Source: Verrucomicrobiota bacterium (GTDB lineage: Bacteria > Verrucomicrobiota > Kiritimatiellia > CAIVKH01). From it: a stretch of DNA of 64,000 bases. Made by a program: the position numbers and the translations under genes. Below the pieces are notes generated by a model. It ran no database searches and had not been told where the DNA came from. It saw nothing but the letters and a program-made list of their open reading frames with translations. The stretch is from NCBI GenBank assembly GCA_024233345.1, contig JACKPT010000011.1:71516-135515 (forward strand), given 5' to 3'. Each line of letters opens with the position of its first letter. The first letter of the stretch is position 1. This document shows positions 9,064 through 18,556 of the stretch, piece after piece.

Positions 9064-10122
9064 TTAGTGACCTGAGTATCCGGAGGGGGAAGATGGGGTG
9101 GCCTTGGGTTTCCCGATCTGGATGCGCAACTCGCGTCGTCCGCCAGGGTCAGCAGGAATCAAGTACCGCTGTTCCGCCTGCTGCAAAGCTGCCTGGATGG
9201 CATCTTCGCGCAACATGCCAAGGATCGTGTCCGGGTCGCCGGAGATGCTTTCTCTGATCCGGGTAAAGGTGTTGGCATCCGCATTCAGTTCATTGAGCAT
9301 GCGTTCTTTCTCGGCTTGTCCTTCAGCGCGCAGGCGGTCGGCATCACCAGCCGCTTCATTACGGGCTCGCGTTGCATAGGCCCGGGCTTCGCTGATTTGC
9401 TGGGACTGATCCTGCTCGGCGTCGATCACGTCGTTGAAGGCCAGCAGCACCTGACGTGGTGGGATAGTCGCGGTGAGATCCACACCTTCCACCGTGATCC
9501 CAAGGTTGAGCTGGGGCAGTCGCGCGCGCAGTTCCGCCTCCACGGTGGCTCGGAACTCATCCATCTTCGTGCGTAAGGCATCGTCGATCCTGGTCGCTGC
9601 GGATGCGCGGACGATGGCCCGATCGAGTTCCCGGCGAAGCAGGGCATCGGGATCGATGTGGGACAGGGCATAGGCCTTGAGATCCTGCACCCGGTACCGC
9701 AGGGTCCAGGCGGAATGAAAAATATTTGCATCGGCGGAGACACTATAGCCATCCCGCCCCGGGACAAGGGGTTGCCGCTCGTCGATAGCCATGAGGTTGG
9801 TGTCGATCCCGGTGCGCTGGTACCAGAAGGTGTCGGTTCCGAGATCTCGAATGCGCTCGGCGGGGAACCGGAGAATTTCCGAGAACGGGGTCGGCCAGGT
9901 CCAGTGGAATCCCGGTTCGAGTATTTGGTTTCCAGCCATGCCCCGCGCCTTGCCCAAAACCAGGACCATGGCCTTCTCCTGTTGGCGCACAATGAAGAAT
10001 CCACTGCCAAGGTAGGCCACAACGAGCGCGAACAAGACCCATCGCAGGAGCCGGAAACTCTGCTCGAGCGCCTGCGCGAGGGCCTTCTGACCGATCGTCT
10101 GGGTGGAGTCGGTTTCGTTCAT
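9064..10122 (-). CDS. SPFH/band-7 protein, HflK-like
   Basis: 352 aa. N-terminal TM (WVLFALVVAYLGSGFFIV), then an SPFH core (EPGFHWTWPTPFSEILRFP...GITVEGVDLTATIPPRQVLLAFNDVIDAEQ) and a coiled-coil tail. Confidence 0.8.
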   Translation of the reverse strand: MNETDSTQTIGQKALAQALEQSFRLLRWVLFALVVAYLGSGFFIVRQQEKAMVLVLGKARGMAGNQILEPGFHWTWPTPFSEILRFPAERIRDLGTDTFWYQRTGIDTNLMAIDERQPLVPGRDGYSVSADANIFHSAWTLRYRVQDLKAYALSHIDPDALLRRELDRAIVRASAATRIDDALRTKMDEFRATVEAELRARLPQLNLGITVEGVDLTATIPPRQVLLAFNDVIDAEQDQSQQISEARAYATRARNEAAGDADRLRAEGQAEKERMLNELNADANTFTRIRESISGDPDTILGMLREDAIQAALQQAEQRYLIPADPGGRRELRIQIGKPKATPSSPSGYSGH

Positions 10123-11003
10123 GGTTGGGGAGGCGGGTTCAATAGATCAAACGGAGCCCGATCTGTGCCGAGAATCACCGTCGCCTGCTCGGACAGGGTA
10201 TCCCGGAGAACATCCAGTTTTTTGAGGAAGATTGCCAGTTCGGGATCCTCGGAAAAGACGGTATAATAGGCGACCGCAGCGGCATCGCCTTCGGCGCGGA
10301 TGCGCTTGGCATCGGCTTCGGCCGTGGACAGGATGCGATCGGCTTCACTGTCCGCCTCGGCGCGGATGCGAATGGCTTCTCCCTCGCCCTCCGATCGATA
10401 GCGTTCGGCGAGTTCCTGCCGCTCGGCCCTCATTCGATCAAACACCGAAAGGGTAATGGCCTGGGGAAGTCCGATCCGCCGTATGCCCACAAAGCCGACA
10501 TCAATCCCGTACCGGTCGGCAGCCTGGGGCTGAATCCCCTGCAACACATCGGCCTCAATACGGTCCAGTCGCAGGGCTGATGCCGAGGTGTTGACCAGGT
10601 TGGAAAAGGCTACCCGTCCAATCGCCGAATTCTTGTAGGTATCCAACAGGCCGGAAAGGTTCAGTTCGGCGAGCTCGGTGCTGCCCTGTCGTTCGAGGAA
10701 CTTGGTCGGTTCGGATATCCGCCATCCGCAATACATGGACACAATCACATTCTTGCCATCGGCGGTCAGGGTTTCCGAGAGCGCGCTCTCCATGACCCGG
10801 GTGCGCCCATCAAACCGGAAGACCGACTGAATCGGCCATGGCCACCGCGAATAGAGGCCGGGGGTTTGCAGGTCCCGCACCGGTTTGCCGAAGGTGGTGA
10901 CAACGGCGACCTCGCCTTCCCGTACCACAAATAAAAATTGGGTCATCAACAGGATTCCGAGGATCAGTAATCCGACCAGAATCATGGGAATCTGCTTGTT
11001 CAT
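10119..11003 (-). CDS. SPFH/band-7 protein, HflC-like
   Basis: 294 aa. TM (MILVGLLILGILLMTQFLF), then VVREGEVAVVTTFGKPVRDLQTPGLYSRWPWPIQSV...GIDVGFVGIRRIGLPQAI and an Ala/Glu/Arg-rich coiled coil. ATGA overlaps on both sides. Confidence 0.85.
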   Translation of the reverse strand: MNKQIPMILVGLLILGILLMTQFLFVVREGEVAVVTTFGKPVRDLQTPGLYSRWPWPIQSVFRFDGRTRVMESALSETLTADGKNVIVSMYCGWRISEPTKFLERQGSTELAELNLSGLLDTYKNSAIGRVAFSNLVNTSASALRLDRIEADVLQGIQPQAADRYGIDVGFVGIRRIGLPQAITLSVFDRMRAERQELAERYRSEGEGEAIRIRAEADSEADRILSTAEADAKRIRAEGDAAAVAYYTVFSEDPELAIFLKKLDVLRDTLSEQATVILGTDRAPFDLLNPPPQP

Positions 11004-12856
11004 GGATTTATTCCTTCCGGTTCAAGGGGAACCATCTCAAAAACGCTGGTAAAGGGATCATCCTCCAGGTTGAGCCAGAGAACTTCTGATGACGCCGACG
11101 GGGTGGCGAGCAACACCAGCCGGTTGCCGATCAATCCCGCGTGGAGAGCTTCCATGGCCAGCCGGGCCCGATATACATCCGGGGCGGTATCGGCGGCCCG
11201 CTTCCGGTTATGGAATTGCGCAACTTCGGCCTCTGATAACTTGGTGCGCCGATCGCGATAGGCCTCGGCGAGGCTGACCCGGGCGGTGGCATCGGCGGTG
11301 GCGAGGGGAAGGATCCGATTGGTATAGGCGCGGGCTTCCAGGATAGCCGCTTCCTTTTCCTCCAGTGCCCCTACCACGGACTGGAATGCATCGGCGACCT
11401 GGATCGGGGGATGCAGGCCCTGCAGCCCGATGAAATCGATCTTCACCCCCAGGGCAAGCCGGTTACACTCCGCCTGAAGTTCGCGGTGTATGATGTCCGC
11501 AATTTCCGTGCGGTGCGAACTGAGCCATTCGCCGATATCTCTTGAGGATAACTCGCGGGTCAGTATCCGGTAGGCGGTATCGCGGAGTACCTGGTTGGGA
11601 TTTGCATAGCGATAGGCGTAATCCAGTGCATTGGTGATGGAAAACTCGAGCGGAAGATGCAGGCTGATCAGGTTGATGGGCACCGCACTGCTTCCCTTGT
11701 GGCTCAAACTGGCCGTGACGAACAGGTCTTCGCCGGGGAAGTGCGGCACCGTCCACAGGATTTGTGGGGGGCGCAGCAAGGTGTCATCGACGTCAACCCC
11801 GAGATGGGTTAGCAGCGCCATCCGGGCCGGAACCCGGCGAACCGCCTCAAATGGCCAGGGCCATTTCCAGTGGAAGCCGGACATGAGCAGAGGGTCCGGT
11901 TGCACCGGCTTGCCGAACCGCTCTTTGATTCCCACATCATTGGGCCCGATGATGGCCATGCTGGAAAGGGCATAAATGACGAGTATTTGAAAACCCGCGA
12001 AGGGCAACAGCGCCCGTCGAAGAAACCGGGCAAACCAGGTGCGGGAAATTGAAAACCCGAACTGGTAGTCGACAGACTCGGAAAGGGGCTTGGTCCATTC
12101 CGATGGATGAATCAGCCAGGCCCCGAGTTTGGTTTCGTAGCTTGTGGCCTTCTGGGTGTCCCGGTGGGGACTGTAGATACTCAACAAGCTGTTCCAGACC
12201 AGTTCCACCGTATGCACAACCAGCAGCACCACCAGGGTCATGCCGATCCACGCATCTGCCTGGACCAGCCCCACATGATGGGCAAGGCAGGCGAGGGCGG
12301 CGGCTACCGACCCATAGGCGGTGACTCCGGTCATCACTCCGGGCCCCCGCAACCAGCGCAGCGACGGCTCCCCGGCAAGACCGAGCAAATAGCGATGGAG
12401 CAGAAACAACACAAAGCCCTGCCCGGCCAGCAAGGCCATCGCGGGCAGGTCGAATGAAGATTCACGGGCGGTCCAAACCAGGTCGCGGTACAAGGTCCAG
12501 GCCCAGGTTGCGGTGAGGATGGCAAGGACCGGAGCGATGAAGGGTACAATGCCTTCGACCTGATGACGGGTGCGGGAGAGGGTCAGAGGGAGATCTCCCC
12601 CGGATGTTTCATCAAACAAACGCGAGTCCGCAGTCGGCGCTTGCCCAGCGAGATCCCTCGCCTCCTCGAAGGCCATCCGTTCCAGACGGAGCCGCAGATA
12701 GACCACGCAAGACTGGATCAGGGCAAGCATCTGAAATGGCATGAGACCGGAGAACACCAGCAGGCCGGAGCGGGAGCCCATGGCGCTGGACGCCGCGATG
12801 GACAAGACCATCAGGCCTGCGGAGACCAGAGCCGCTCTTTCCCCGGTCCGGGTCAT
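11000..12856 (-). CDS. polytopic membrane domain (~330 aa) fused to an HflK-like SPFH domain
   Basis: The ORF track gives 11000-12925. The ATG at 12856 (MTRTGERAAL...) forms an ATGA overlap with the upstream stop at 12853. About seven hydrophobic segments by eye, then IKERFGKPVQPDPLLMSGFHWKWPWPFEAV...GVKIDFIGLQGLHPPIQVADAFQSVVGALEEKEA. Confidence 0.75.
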   Translation of the reverse strand: MTRTGERAALVSAGLMVLSIAASSAMGSRSGLLVFSGLMPFQMLALIQSCVVYLRLRLERMAFEEARDLAGQAPTADSRLFDETSGGDLPLTLSRTRHQVEGIVPFIAPVLAILTATWAWTLYRDLVWTARESSFDLPAMALLAGQGFVLFLLHRYLLGLAGEPSLRWLRGPGVMTGVTAYGSVAAALACLAHHVGLVQADAWIGMTLVVLLVVHTVELVWNSLLSIYSPHRDTQKATSYETKLGAWLIHPSEWTKPLSESVDYQFGFSISRTWFARFLRRALLPFAGFQILVIYALSSMAIIGPNDVGIKERFGKPVQPDPLLMSGFHWKWPWPFEAVRRVPARMALLTHLGVDVDDTLLRPPQILWTVPHFPGEDLFVTASLSHKGSSAVPINLISLHLPLEFSITNALDYAYRYANPNQVLRDTAYRILTRELSSRDIGEWLSSHRTEIADIIHRELQAECNRLALGVKIDFIGLQGLHPPIQVADAFQSVVGALEEKEAAILEARAYTNRILPLATADATARVSLAEAYRDRRTKLSEAEVAQFHNRKRAADTAPDVYRARLAMEALHAGLIGNRLVLLATPSASSEVLWLNLEDDPFTSVFEMVPLEPEGINP

Positions 12857-13818
12857 TGATGAACCTCCATCATCCGAAAGCTGGCGATTCCCCACAGCAG
12901 AATACCGATCATATAGAGCCCGCAATAGTGTGCGACCTGGAATACATACGGCCAGGGGATGTCCCCGTGATTGAGCGCATCAACCGCCCAGAAGTTCTGC
13001 CAGTTGGGGATGAGCAGATACAGAAGCCGCAGCGCTTCATTGGTTTGGGCATAGGGACCGAGGAGGTAGTCTGACATCAGGCCGACCATCAGAATCACCG
13101 CGCACATCATCATCGTTCCGGTCAGCCCCAACCGGGTGGAAAGTGCCACCGCAAACGAGCAAAACAGAATCACCGCCAACCCGATGAGAGCCGCAGCGGG
13201 CAGGACCGACCATGGCATGAACGACTCCGCCCCCCCCGACATCTGTCCCGCGCTGCGCCAGAAAACCACTGCAAATGCGAGGACCACGCTGATCAGAACG
13301 TCCCGAAACGCCCCCGAGGTAAAGGGGGAACGGAACAGAAAATTGCGGAGACCGGAAACCGTAAACGCTCCCAGAATACCCAGGTAGAGCGAACCCAGGG
13401 TCCACCAGTCGATTCGATAAAGTACCCGGACCGCATGGATGGCCAGCAGCGAGGCCAGGGTAGCGGCAAAGATGAAGGCCGTCATCACCACGACTATGCC
13501 GAAAAACTTGGCAAGGAAAAACAGGGAGCGGTTCATGGGCTTGGTCACCACCGACGCCAGCGTACCCAGCCGCAATTCCCGGGAAATAGTCGACGCTGCG
13601 CCATAGCAACCCAACAGCAAGCCCGCCATCCAGAAGAGGGCCAGTGAGCTATCGCGGATCATCCGGGTCGCTTCGCCAAGTACATGGGTGATCAACAATG
13701 GGAGTAATCCAATAAACAACAGGGTACTGGCGCTGAGCAACAGAAACGCGGGCTGGCGGGAAGCCTCCAGCGTGGTTTGCCGGGCGACCGTACTGAATTG
13801 CTTGAGGGCAAGACGCAT
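12853..13818 (-). CDS. ABC-2-type permease-like integral membrane protein
   Basis: 321 aa, hydrophobic throughout. The motif STISRELRLGTLASVVTKPMNRSLFFLAKFFG matches the same family as the 456-aa permease. First gene of the long minus-strand operon. Confidence 0.65.
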   Translation of the reverse strand: MRLALKQFSTVARQTTLEASRQPAFLLLSASTLLFIGLLPLLITHVLGEATRMIRDSSLALFWMAGLLLGCYGAASTISRELRLGTLASVVTKPMNRSLFFLAKFFGIVVVMTAFIFAATLASLLAIHAVRVLYRIDWWTLGSLYLGILGAFTVSGLRNFLFRSPFTSGAFRDVLISVVLAFAVVFWRSAGQMSGGAESFMPWSVLPAAALIGLAVILFCSFAVALSTRLGLTGTMMMCAVILMVGLMSDYLLGPYAQTNEALRLLYLLIPNWQNFWAVDALNHGDIPWPYVFQVAHYCGLYMIGILLWGIASFRMMEVHQ

Positions 13819-14019
13819 GAAGTCAAACTACCATATGGACCATCCGTTTTGCCAGTGTAACCCACAGGCAGGCCAGAGTTGGATGGCGATTGTGTGACGA
13901 TATGAAAAATGGAATGGTTCGGCTGAAAGACAGGGTCATGCGGGAAAAATTCATTTTGTGCGGGGGAGGGGACCCGATGTGTGATAGTCTTGCCCAAACG
14001 ATCAACGGAGGAGAGCCTC

Positions 14020-14163
14020 ATGGCCAAACCAAACTATTCCTATGAGAAACGACAACGAGACCTCGCGAAAAAGCGGAAGAAAGAGGAAAAACGCCTGAAA
14101 AAGGCCGGTCAGGCGCCGAATAGCGATTCGAGTACTGCGAATCCATCCGCACCCGGGCTTTGA
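14020..14163 (+). CDS. small Lys/Arg-rich protein (hypothetical)
   Basis: MAKPNYSYEKRQRDLAKKRKKEEKRLKKAG... The ATG at 14020 is preceded by GGAGGAG. The track's longer start at 13981 lacks an RBS. Confidence 0.4.
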   Translation: MAKPNYSYEKRQRDLAKKRKKEEKRLKKAGQAPNSDSSTANPSAPGL

Positions 14164-14268
14164 ACCCCGGCCCGCCCGCCGGGAGCGCCAAAATGTATTT
14201 CAACATAAACGCTTTCAAACCGCTGGTGTTTAGGATAGGGTGCGATTTAATTAAGGAGTGAGTATATT

Positions 14269-14472
14269 ATGAGTAAAGGTACAGTGAAGTGGTTCAATGT
14301 TGAAAAAGGGTTCGGTTTCATTGCTCCGGACAATGGTGGCAAAGATCTGTTTGTTCATCATTCGGAAGTGAAAACCCCCGGCCGGGCGGATCTCGCCGAA
14401 GGCCAGAAAGTCGATTTTGAAGAAGGTGAAGGCCAAAAGGGCCCGTGCGCGAAAAACGTCGTACCTTGCTGA
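14269..14472 (+). CDS. cspA: cold-shock protein (CspA family)
   Basis: [32 protein letters not shown] carries the RNP1/RNP2 motifs. AAGGAG lies upstream. Confidence 0.95.
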   Translation: MSKGTVKWFNVEKGFGFIAPDNGGKDLFVHHSEVKTPGRADLAEGQKVDFEEGEGQKGPCAKNVVPC

Positions 14473-14485
14473 TGACTGACTTGAA

Positions 14486-14525
14486 CCGGGGGGCAGGCCG
14501 ATAAGCCTACCTCCCGGTTTTTTTT
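14486..14525 (+). terminator. rho-independent terminator after cspA
   Basis: CCGGGGGGCAGG / CCTACCTCCCGG imperfect stem with loop CCGATAAG, followed by a run of eight T. Confidence 0.75.
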
Positions 14526-14798
14526 ATCTGAAAAATTCCCGCCTTTTTACCTGCACGTAATTGCATCGGACAATCCCGATCAAGGGGCAGGTCATCATCC
14601 TGAATGGCTTGTGTTACAACACCCAATGCGGGTGTATTATTGCCACAATAACAACGTCGCATAATATGTATTATGTCTAGCATCGAGCGTTCCATTCCGC
14701 CATTCGTGGTAGCTTGCGGTTGATAGGATGCTCAGGCACCGCAAGGCGTATTGCCATTTACGGATGGCCCTCCGGTCATCACCAGCTGCACGTGCTGT

Positions 14799-16274
14799 TC
14801 ACGAGGATGACTGGTGCAGTTGCCGATAGATCTTCTCGTACTCGGCGGCACTTTGATCCCAAGTATAGTCGCCAGCCATGCCACGATTCTGTAGATCCCG
14901 CCAGGCTTCTGCTTTCCGGTCGAAGCATCGAATCGCGCGCTGAACGGCATCCTGGAATGCCTTTACCGTATAGTCGGAAAAAACGAATCCATTGCCATTG
15001 GTCTGGCTGTTATCCGCATCGGTGACTGTGTCGGCCAGTCCGCCGGTATGATGAACGACCGGAACAGTGCCGTACCGCATGGCGTAGAGCTGATTGAGAC
15101 CGCAGGGTTCATACCGGGATGGCATCAGGTATAGATCCGCCCCGGCAATGATCTGCCGGGCCAACACCCGATCAAATGCATTCATGACCCGGATCCTGCC
15201 TGGCCAATGAGATTGCCATCGCAAGCACATGCCCTCGTATTGGGCATCGCCATCACCCAGTAAAATCAATCCCAGATCCGAATGACTGCCCATCAGGTCG
15301 GGAATCATTTCATCAAGCAAATCAATTCCCTTGTGCTCGGACAAACGGGTCACCATCCCCAACAACGGTCCCCGGTCAGGTATGCTCAACTCCGCCAGCT
15401 TGAGTAAAGCCCTTTTACAGTGTTGCTTGCCGGAAGGGTCTTTGACCGAATAGTTCTTGGCCAGTGCGGAATCGGTCTGTGGATCCCAGGTCTGGGTATC
15501 GATGCCGTTGGTGATGCCGCGCAGGCGATGTCGGGCATCCGAGATCACGCCATGGAGTCCGTAACCAAAAGCCTCGGTTTGAATTTCCTCGGCATAGGTC
15601 TGGCTCACCGTGGTCAGGAAATCGGCGGTATTGATACCACCTTTCAGGCAATTGATGTTTCCATAAAACTCCAGGCATTCAACGGAAAAACAGCCGAAGG
15701 GAAGGTTGCTGTAGGAGTATTCATCACCGGAAAAGATTCCCTGGTAGGCAAGATTGTGGAGCGTCAGCAGGGTCTTTTCCCGCTTGCCCCTCCCCTGCCC
15801 TCGGACACCATGTTGGAGATATAAGGGCATCAATGCGGTTTGCCAGTCATTGCAATGGACCAAAGATACCGGGCGCTCCAGCGCATCGATCAAAGCGACC
15901 GCAGCTTTTTGAAAGAACACAAACCGCTCAAAATTGTCCTCATAATCACGGTAGGATAAATTGTAGAGGTGCGCCCGGTCGAAGAATTCATCCCGGCGAA
16001 TGAAGTACTTGGCGGGTTGGATTTCCGGGGCGGTGCGCCAGACCTCGGCCCGGAATTGATGGAACCCCACCGGGATGTTCAAGACCATCCCGGTTTCCAC
16101 CAGTGGAAAATTTCCCTCGATGACTTGACGATACATGGGCATGATCTGAATCATGGACCAACCACGCCGCGCCATGGCTTCCGGCAGGGAGGCGGAAACT
16201 TCAGCCAACCCCCCGGTCGAGGCAAACGGACTCATCTCGCTGGTAATAAACGCACAATGCCCTTGATCTGCCAT
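14799..16274 (-). CDS. glgA: glycogen synthase
   Basis: 491 aa. N-terminal FITSEMSPFASTGGLAEV, plus the C-terminal GT-B region ...PSRYEPCGLNQLYAMRYGTVPVVHHTGGLADTV. Confidence 0.9.
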   Translation of the reverse strand: MADQGHCAFITSEMSPFASTGGLAEVSASLPEAMARRGWSMIQIMPMYRQVIEGNFPLVETGMVLNIPVGFHQFRAEVWRTAPEIQPAKYFIRRDEFFDRAHLYNLSYRDYEDNFERFVFFQKAAVALIDALERPVSLVHCNDWQTALMPLYLQHGVRGQGRGKREKTLLTLHNLAYQGIFSGDEYSYSNLPFGCFSVECLEFYGNINCLKGGINTADFLTTVSQTYAEEIQTEAFGYGLHGVISDARHRLRGITNGIDTQTWDPQTDSALAKNYSVKDPSGKQHCKRALLKLAELSIPDRGPLLGMVTRLSEHKGIDLLDEMIPDLMGSHSDLGLILLGDGDAQYEGMCLRWQSHWPGRIRVMNAFDRVLARQIIAGADLYLMPSRYEPCGLNQLYAMRYGTVPVVHHTGGLADTVTDADNSQTNGNGFVFSDYTVKAFQDAVQRAIRCFDRKAEAWRDLQNRGMAGDYTWDQSAAEYEKIYRQLHQSSS

Positions 16275-16306
16275 AGTTCACTTCCTACCTCGAAAGACAT
16301 ACCACG

Positions 16307-18550
16307 ATGAATGATCCCTCGCCAAGCCTCGTCCACCGCCTCCACGATTTTCTCCGCCGGGCCGGGTCCCGCCCGATGAAGGCGCATGACCTGGCCGCCC
16401 ACCCGGAGATCGGGGCCTCGGCACGCGATGTGCGGCAAGCACTTCGCGAACTGGAGCGAACCGGGAAAGCCAAGAAAATCCGGGGGAATCGCTGGGTGGA
16501 GGCGCAGGCACCCGATCGGGTCGCCGGGCGGTTGTTGATCACCTTCTCCGGCTACGGCATCGTGATCACCGATCCTCCGGACAGTGCGGAATATTTTATC
16601 CCGCCCTCCGAGATCGGAAGCTGCATGGAGGGTGACCGGGTGGAGGTTTCCCCGGCGGCAGTTCGACCGCGCGCGGGTCAGAAGCAGGAAGCCCACTTGA
16701 TTCGCGTGGTGGAACGGAAGATCAAACAGGTCGCGGGCAAGCTGGTCCATGGCCGGTACTACGCTTACGTGATCCCGGGTGACCCCCGCATGCGGTCAAC
16801 CCTGCATGTGAGCGAAGCGGGTCTGCCTCCGGACTCCATCCCGGATGGCGACATCGTGGTGGTTGCATTGGATGAACCGGTGAGCCCGGATCGTTCCCAA
16901 ACCAGCCGGTTGATCCAGCATCTCGGGGCGCCTGGTGATCCTGGGGTCGATATGCAGATGCTGATGGCCAACCGGGGCATTGTTCAAGCCTTTGAACCGG
17001 GGGTGGTCGATGCCGCCCAAGCGATCTCCCCCACCCCGGATGCCAGCGCCATCGCCGGTCGGGAAGATCTCCGGGACTGGATTATCCTGACCATCGATCC
17101 GTCCGATGCCAAAGATTATGACGATGCCATTTCCCTGACCCGAACCGGCGATGGATGGGAATTGGGGGTTCATATTGCCGATGTCTCTCACTTTGTGACC
17201 CCGGGTTCCGCGATCGATACCGAAGCAAAAAACCGCGGAAACAGCGTGTACATGGTTGACCGGTTTGTACCGATGCTCCCGAAATACCTGACCTCGGAGG
17301 TCTGTAGTCTTCGCGCCAGCGTCGACCGATTGGCGTACTCGGTTCATATGACACTTGATGCGGATGGAGAATTGGAATCGGTGCGCACGGGCAGGTCGGT
17401 GATCCACTCCAAGGCCTGTCTGAACTATGATCAGGTCCAGCGGTTTCTGTCCGGGGAGGACGCTGCGGAGATCCCGGAATCGTTGCACCCGACCCTGCGG
17501 GCCATGGATAAACTTGCCACTCGGCTGCGCCGGAAACGAATGGCCAACGGCTCGATTGATCTATCCCTGCCCGAGGTGGTCTGCACGCTTGATGACCAGG
17601 GAACCCCGATTTCCTTGAAGCGGCGGGGAGCAGCCCAAGCCTATCATCTGATTGAAGAATTCATGCTGCTTGCCAACTGTGCGGTTGCGGAACGAATCCG
17701 GGCCGCCGGGGTGCCCGGTGTCTACCGTATTCATGAGGAACCGTCCGAAGACCAGTGGGCCCAGATGAATCTGGATGTGCGCAACCTTGGTATTGCCCAG
17801 GATGTCCTCAGCCGTCAGGGAATTGACCAGGTCTGCGCTCTGGTCCGGGACACTCCCCAGGAATACGCAGTCAACCTGGCCATACTCAAAAACTTCAAGC
17901 GGGCCATCTACTCCATCGAGTGTCTCGGACACTTCGGGCTCGCCTTCGACTGCTACACCCACTTTACGTCCCCGATCCGTCGTTATCCGGACCTGCTGGT
18001 GCATCGGATTCTCGACCGGCTGGATACCAGGCGGAAGCCTGCCTATTCCGCCAATGAACTGGAGGTCCTCTGCCTGCATGCGACCGAGACCGAGCGCAAT
18101 GCACAGGCAGCCGAGCAGGAAAGCCTGGAAATCAAGCGACTTCAATTCTACCAACTCGCCTTACAGCGGGGAGATATTGGGCCCTATCCAGCCCTCGTGG
18201 TGGGGGTCGCCGCCAAGGGGCTTCTTCTCGAATTGGTGGAATCCCTACAGCGCGGTTTCCTATCCTTTGACACCTTGCCCCGGAGCGGCCACTACCGGGT
18301 GGCCCGCGATCAGGGGCGGGTCTATGGCGGGCAGAGCAAGGTGTTGTTCACGGTTGGCGATGTGCTCGATGTCGCCATTGCCAAAGTGGATGAGGGGAAG
18401 CGGCAGGTCGAATTTGTGCCTTGGAAGCGGGAAGGTACCCGATCCGCGGAAGGTCGGGAAAAAGGGAAAAGACAGGACCGGGGCAAGTCGCGCGGCCAGG
18501 GGGCGGGCCGGAACGCCGCCCGGGGGAAACGCAGCCGTCGATCCCGGTAG
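16307..18550 (+). CDS. rnr: ribonuclease R
   Basis: 747 aa. RNB-domain motifs (TIDPSDAKDYDDAIS, HFGLAFDCYTHFTSPIRRYPDLLVHR), a C-terminal S1-like region and a basic tail. Confidence 0.9.
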   Translation: MNDPSPSLVHRLHDFLRRAGSRPMKAHDLAAHPEIGASARDVRQALRELERTGKAKKIRGNRWVEAQAPDRVAGRLLITFSGYGIVITDPPDSAEYFIPPSEIGSCMEGDRVEVSPAAVRPRAGQKQEAHLIRVVERKIKQVAGKLVHGRYYAYVIPGDPRMRSTLHVSEAGLPPDSIPDGDIVVVALDEPVSPDRSQTSRLIQHLGAPGDPGVDMQMLMANRGIVQAFEPGVVDAAQAISPTPDASAIAGREDLRDWIILTIDPSDAKDYDDAISLTRTGDGWELGVHIADVSHFVTPGSAIDTEAKNRGNSVYMVDRFVPMLPKYLTSEVCSLRASVDRLAYSVHMTLDADGELESVRTGRSVIHSKACLNYDQVQRFLSGEDAAEIPESLHPTLRAMDKLATRLRRKRMANGSIDLSLPEVVCTLDDQGTPISLKRRGAAQAYHLIEEFMLLANCAVAERIRAAGVPGVYRIHEEPSEDQWAQMNLDVRNLGIAQDVLSRQGIDQVCALVRDTPQEYAVNLAILKNFKRAIYSIECLGHFGLAFDCYTHFTSPIRRYPDLLVHRILDRLDTRRKPAYSANELEVLCLHATETERNAQAAEQESLEIKRLQFYQLALQRGDIGPYPALVVGVAAKGLLLELVESLQRGFLSFDTLPRSGHYRVARDQGRVYGGQSKVLFTVGDVLDVAIAKVDEGKRQVEFVPWKREGTRSAEGREKGKRQDRGKSRGQGAGRNAARGKRSRRSR

Positions 18551-18556
18551 GTGGAT

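Noticed and set aside
7848-9257. 469-aa plus-strand ORF (and several 60-165-aa ORFs) across the P-type ATPase locus
   Set aside because: It is antisense to a gene carrying all the P-type ATPase motifs. The translation is Arg/Gly/Pro-rich low complexity, typical of antisense frames in GC-rich DNA.
1-13818. Idea that the ArsR/TolC/P1B-ATPase block is a horizontally acquired metal-resistance island
   Set aside because: There are no integrase, transposase, tRNA or flanking repeats at this end of the window, and the composition looks like the rest of the chromosome by eye.
16274-16307. Only 32 nt between the divergent glgA and rnr start codons
   Set aside because: Both N-termini look authentic by family comparison. 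Promoters are probably embedded in the neighbouring coding regions, or rnr starts at a later Met (16376). This is not evidence of anything unusual by itself.
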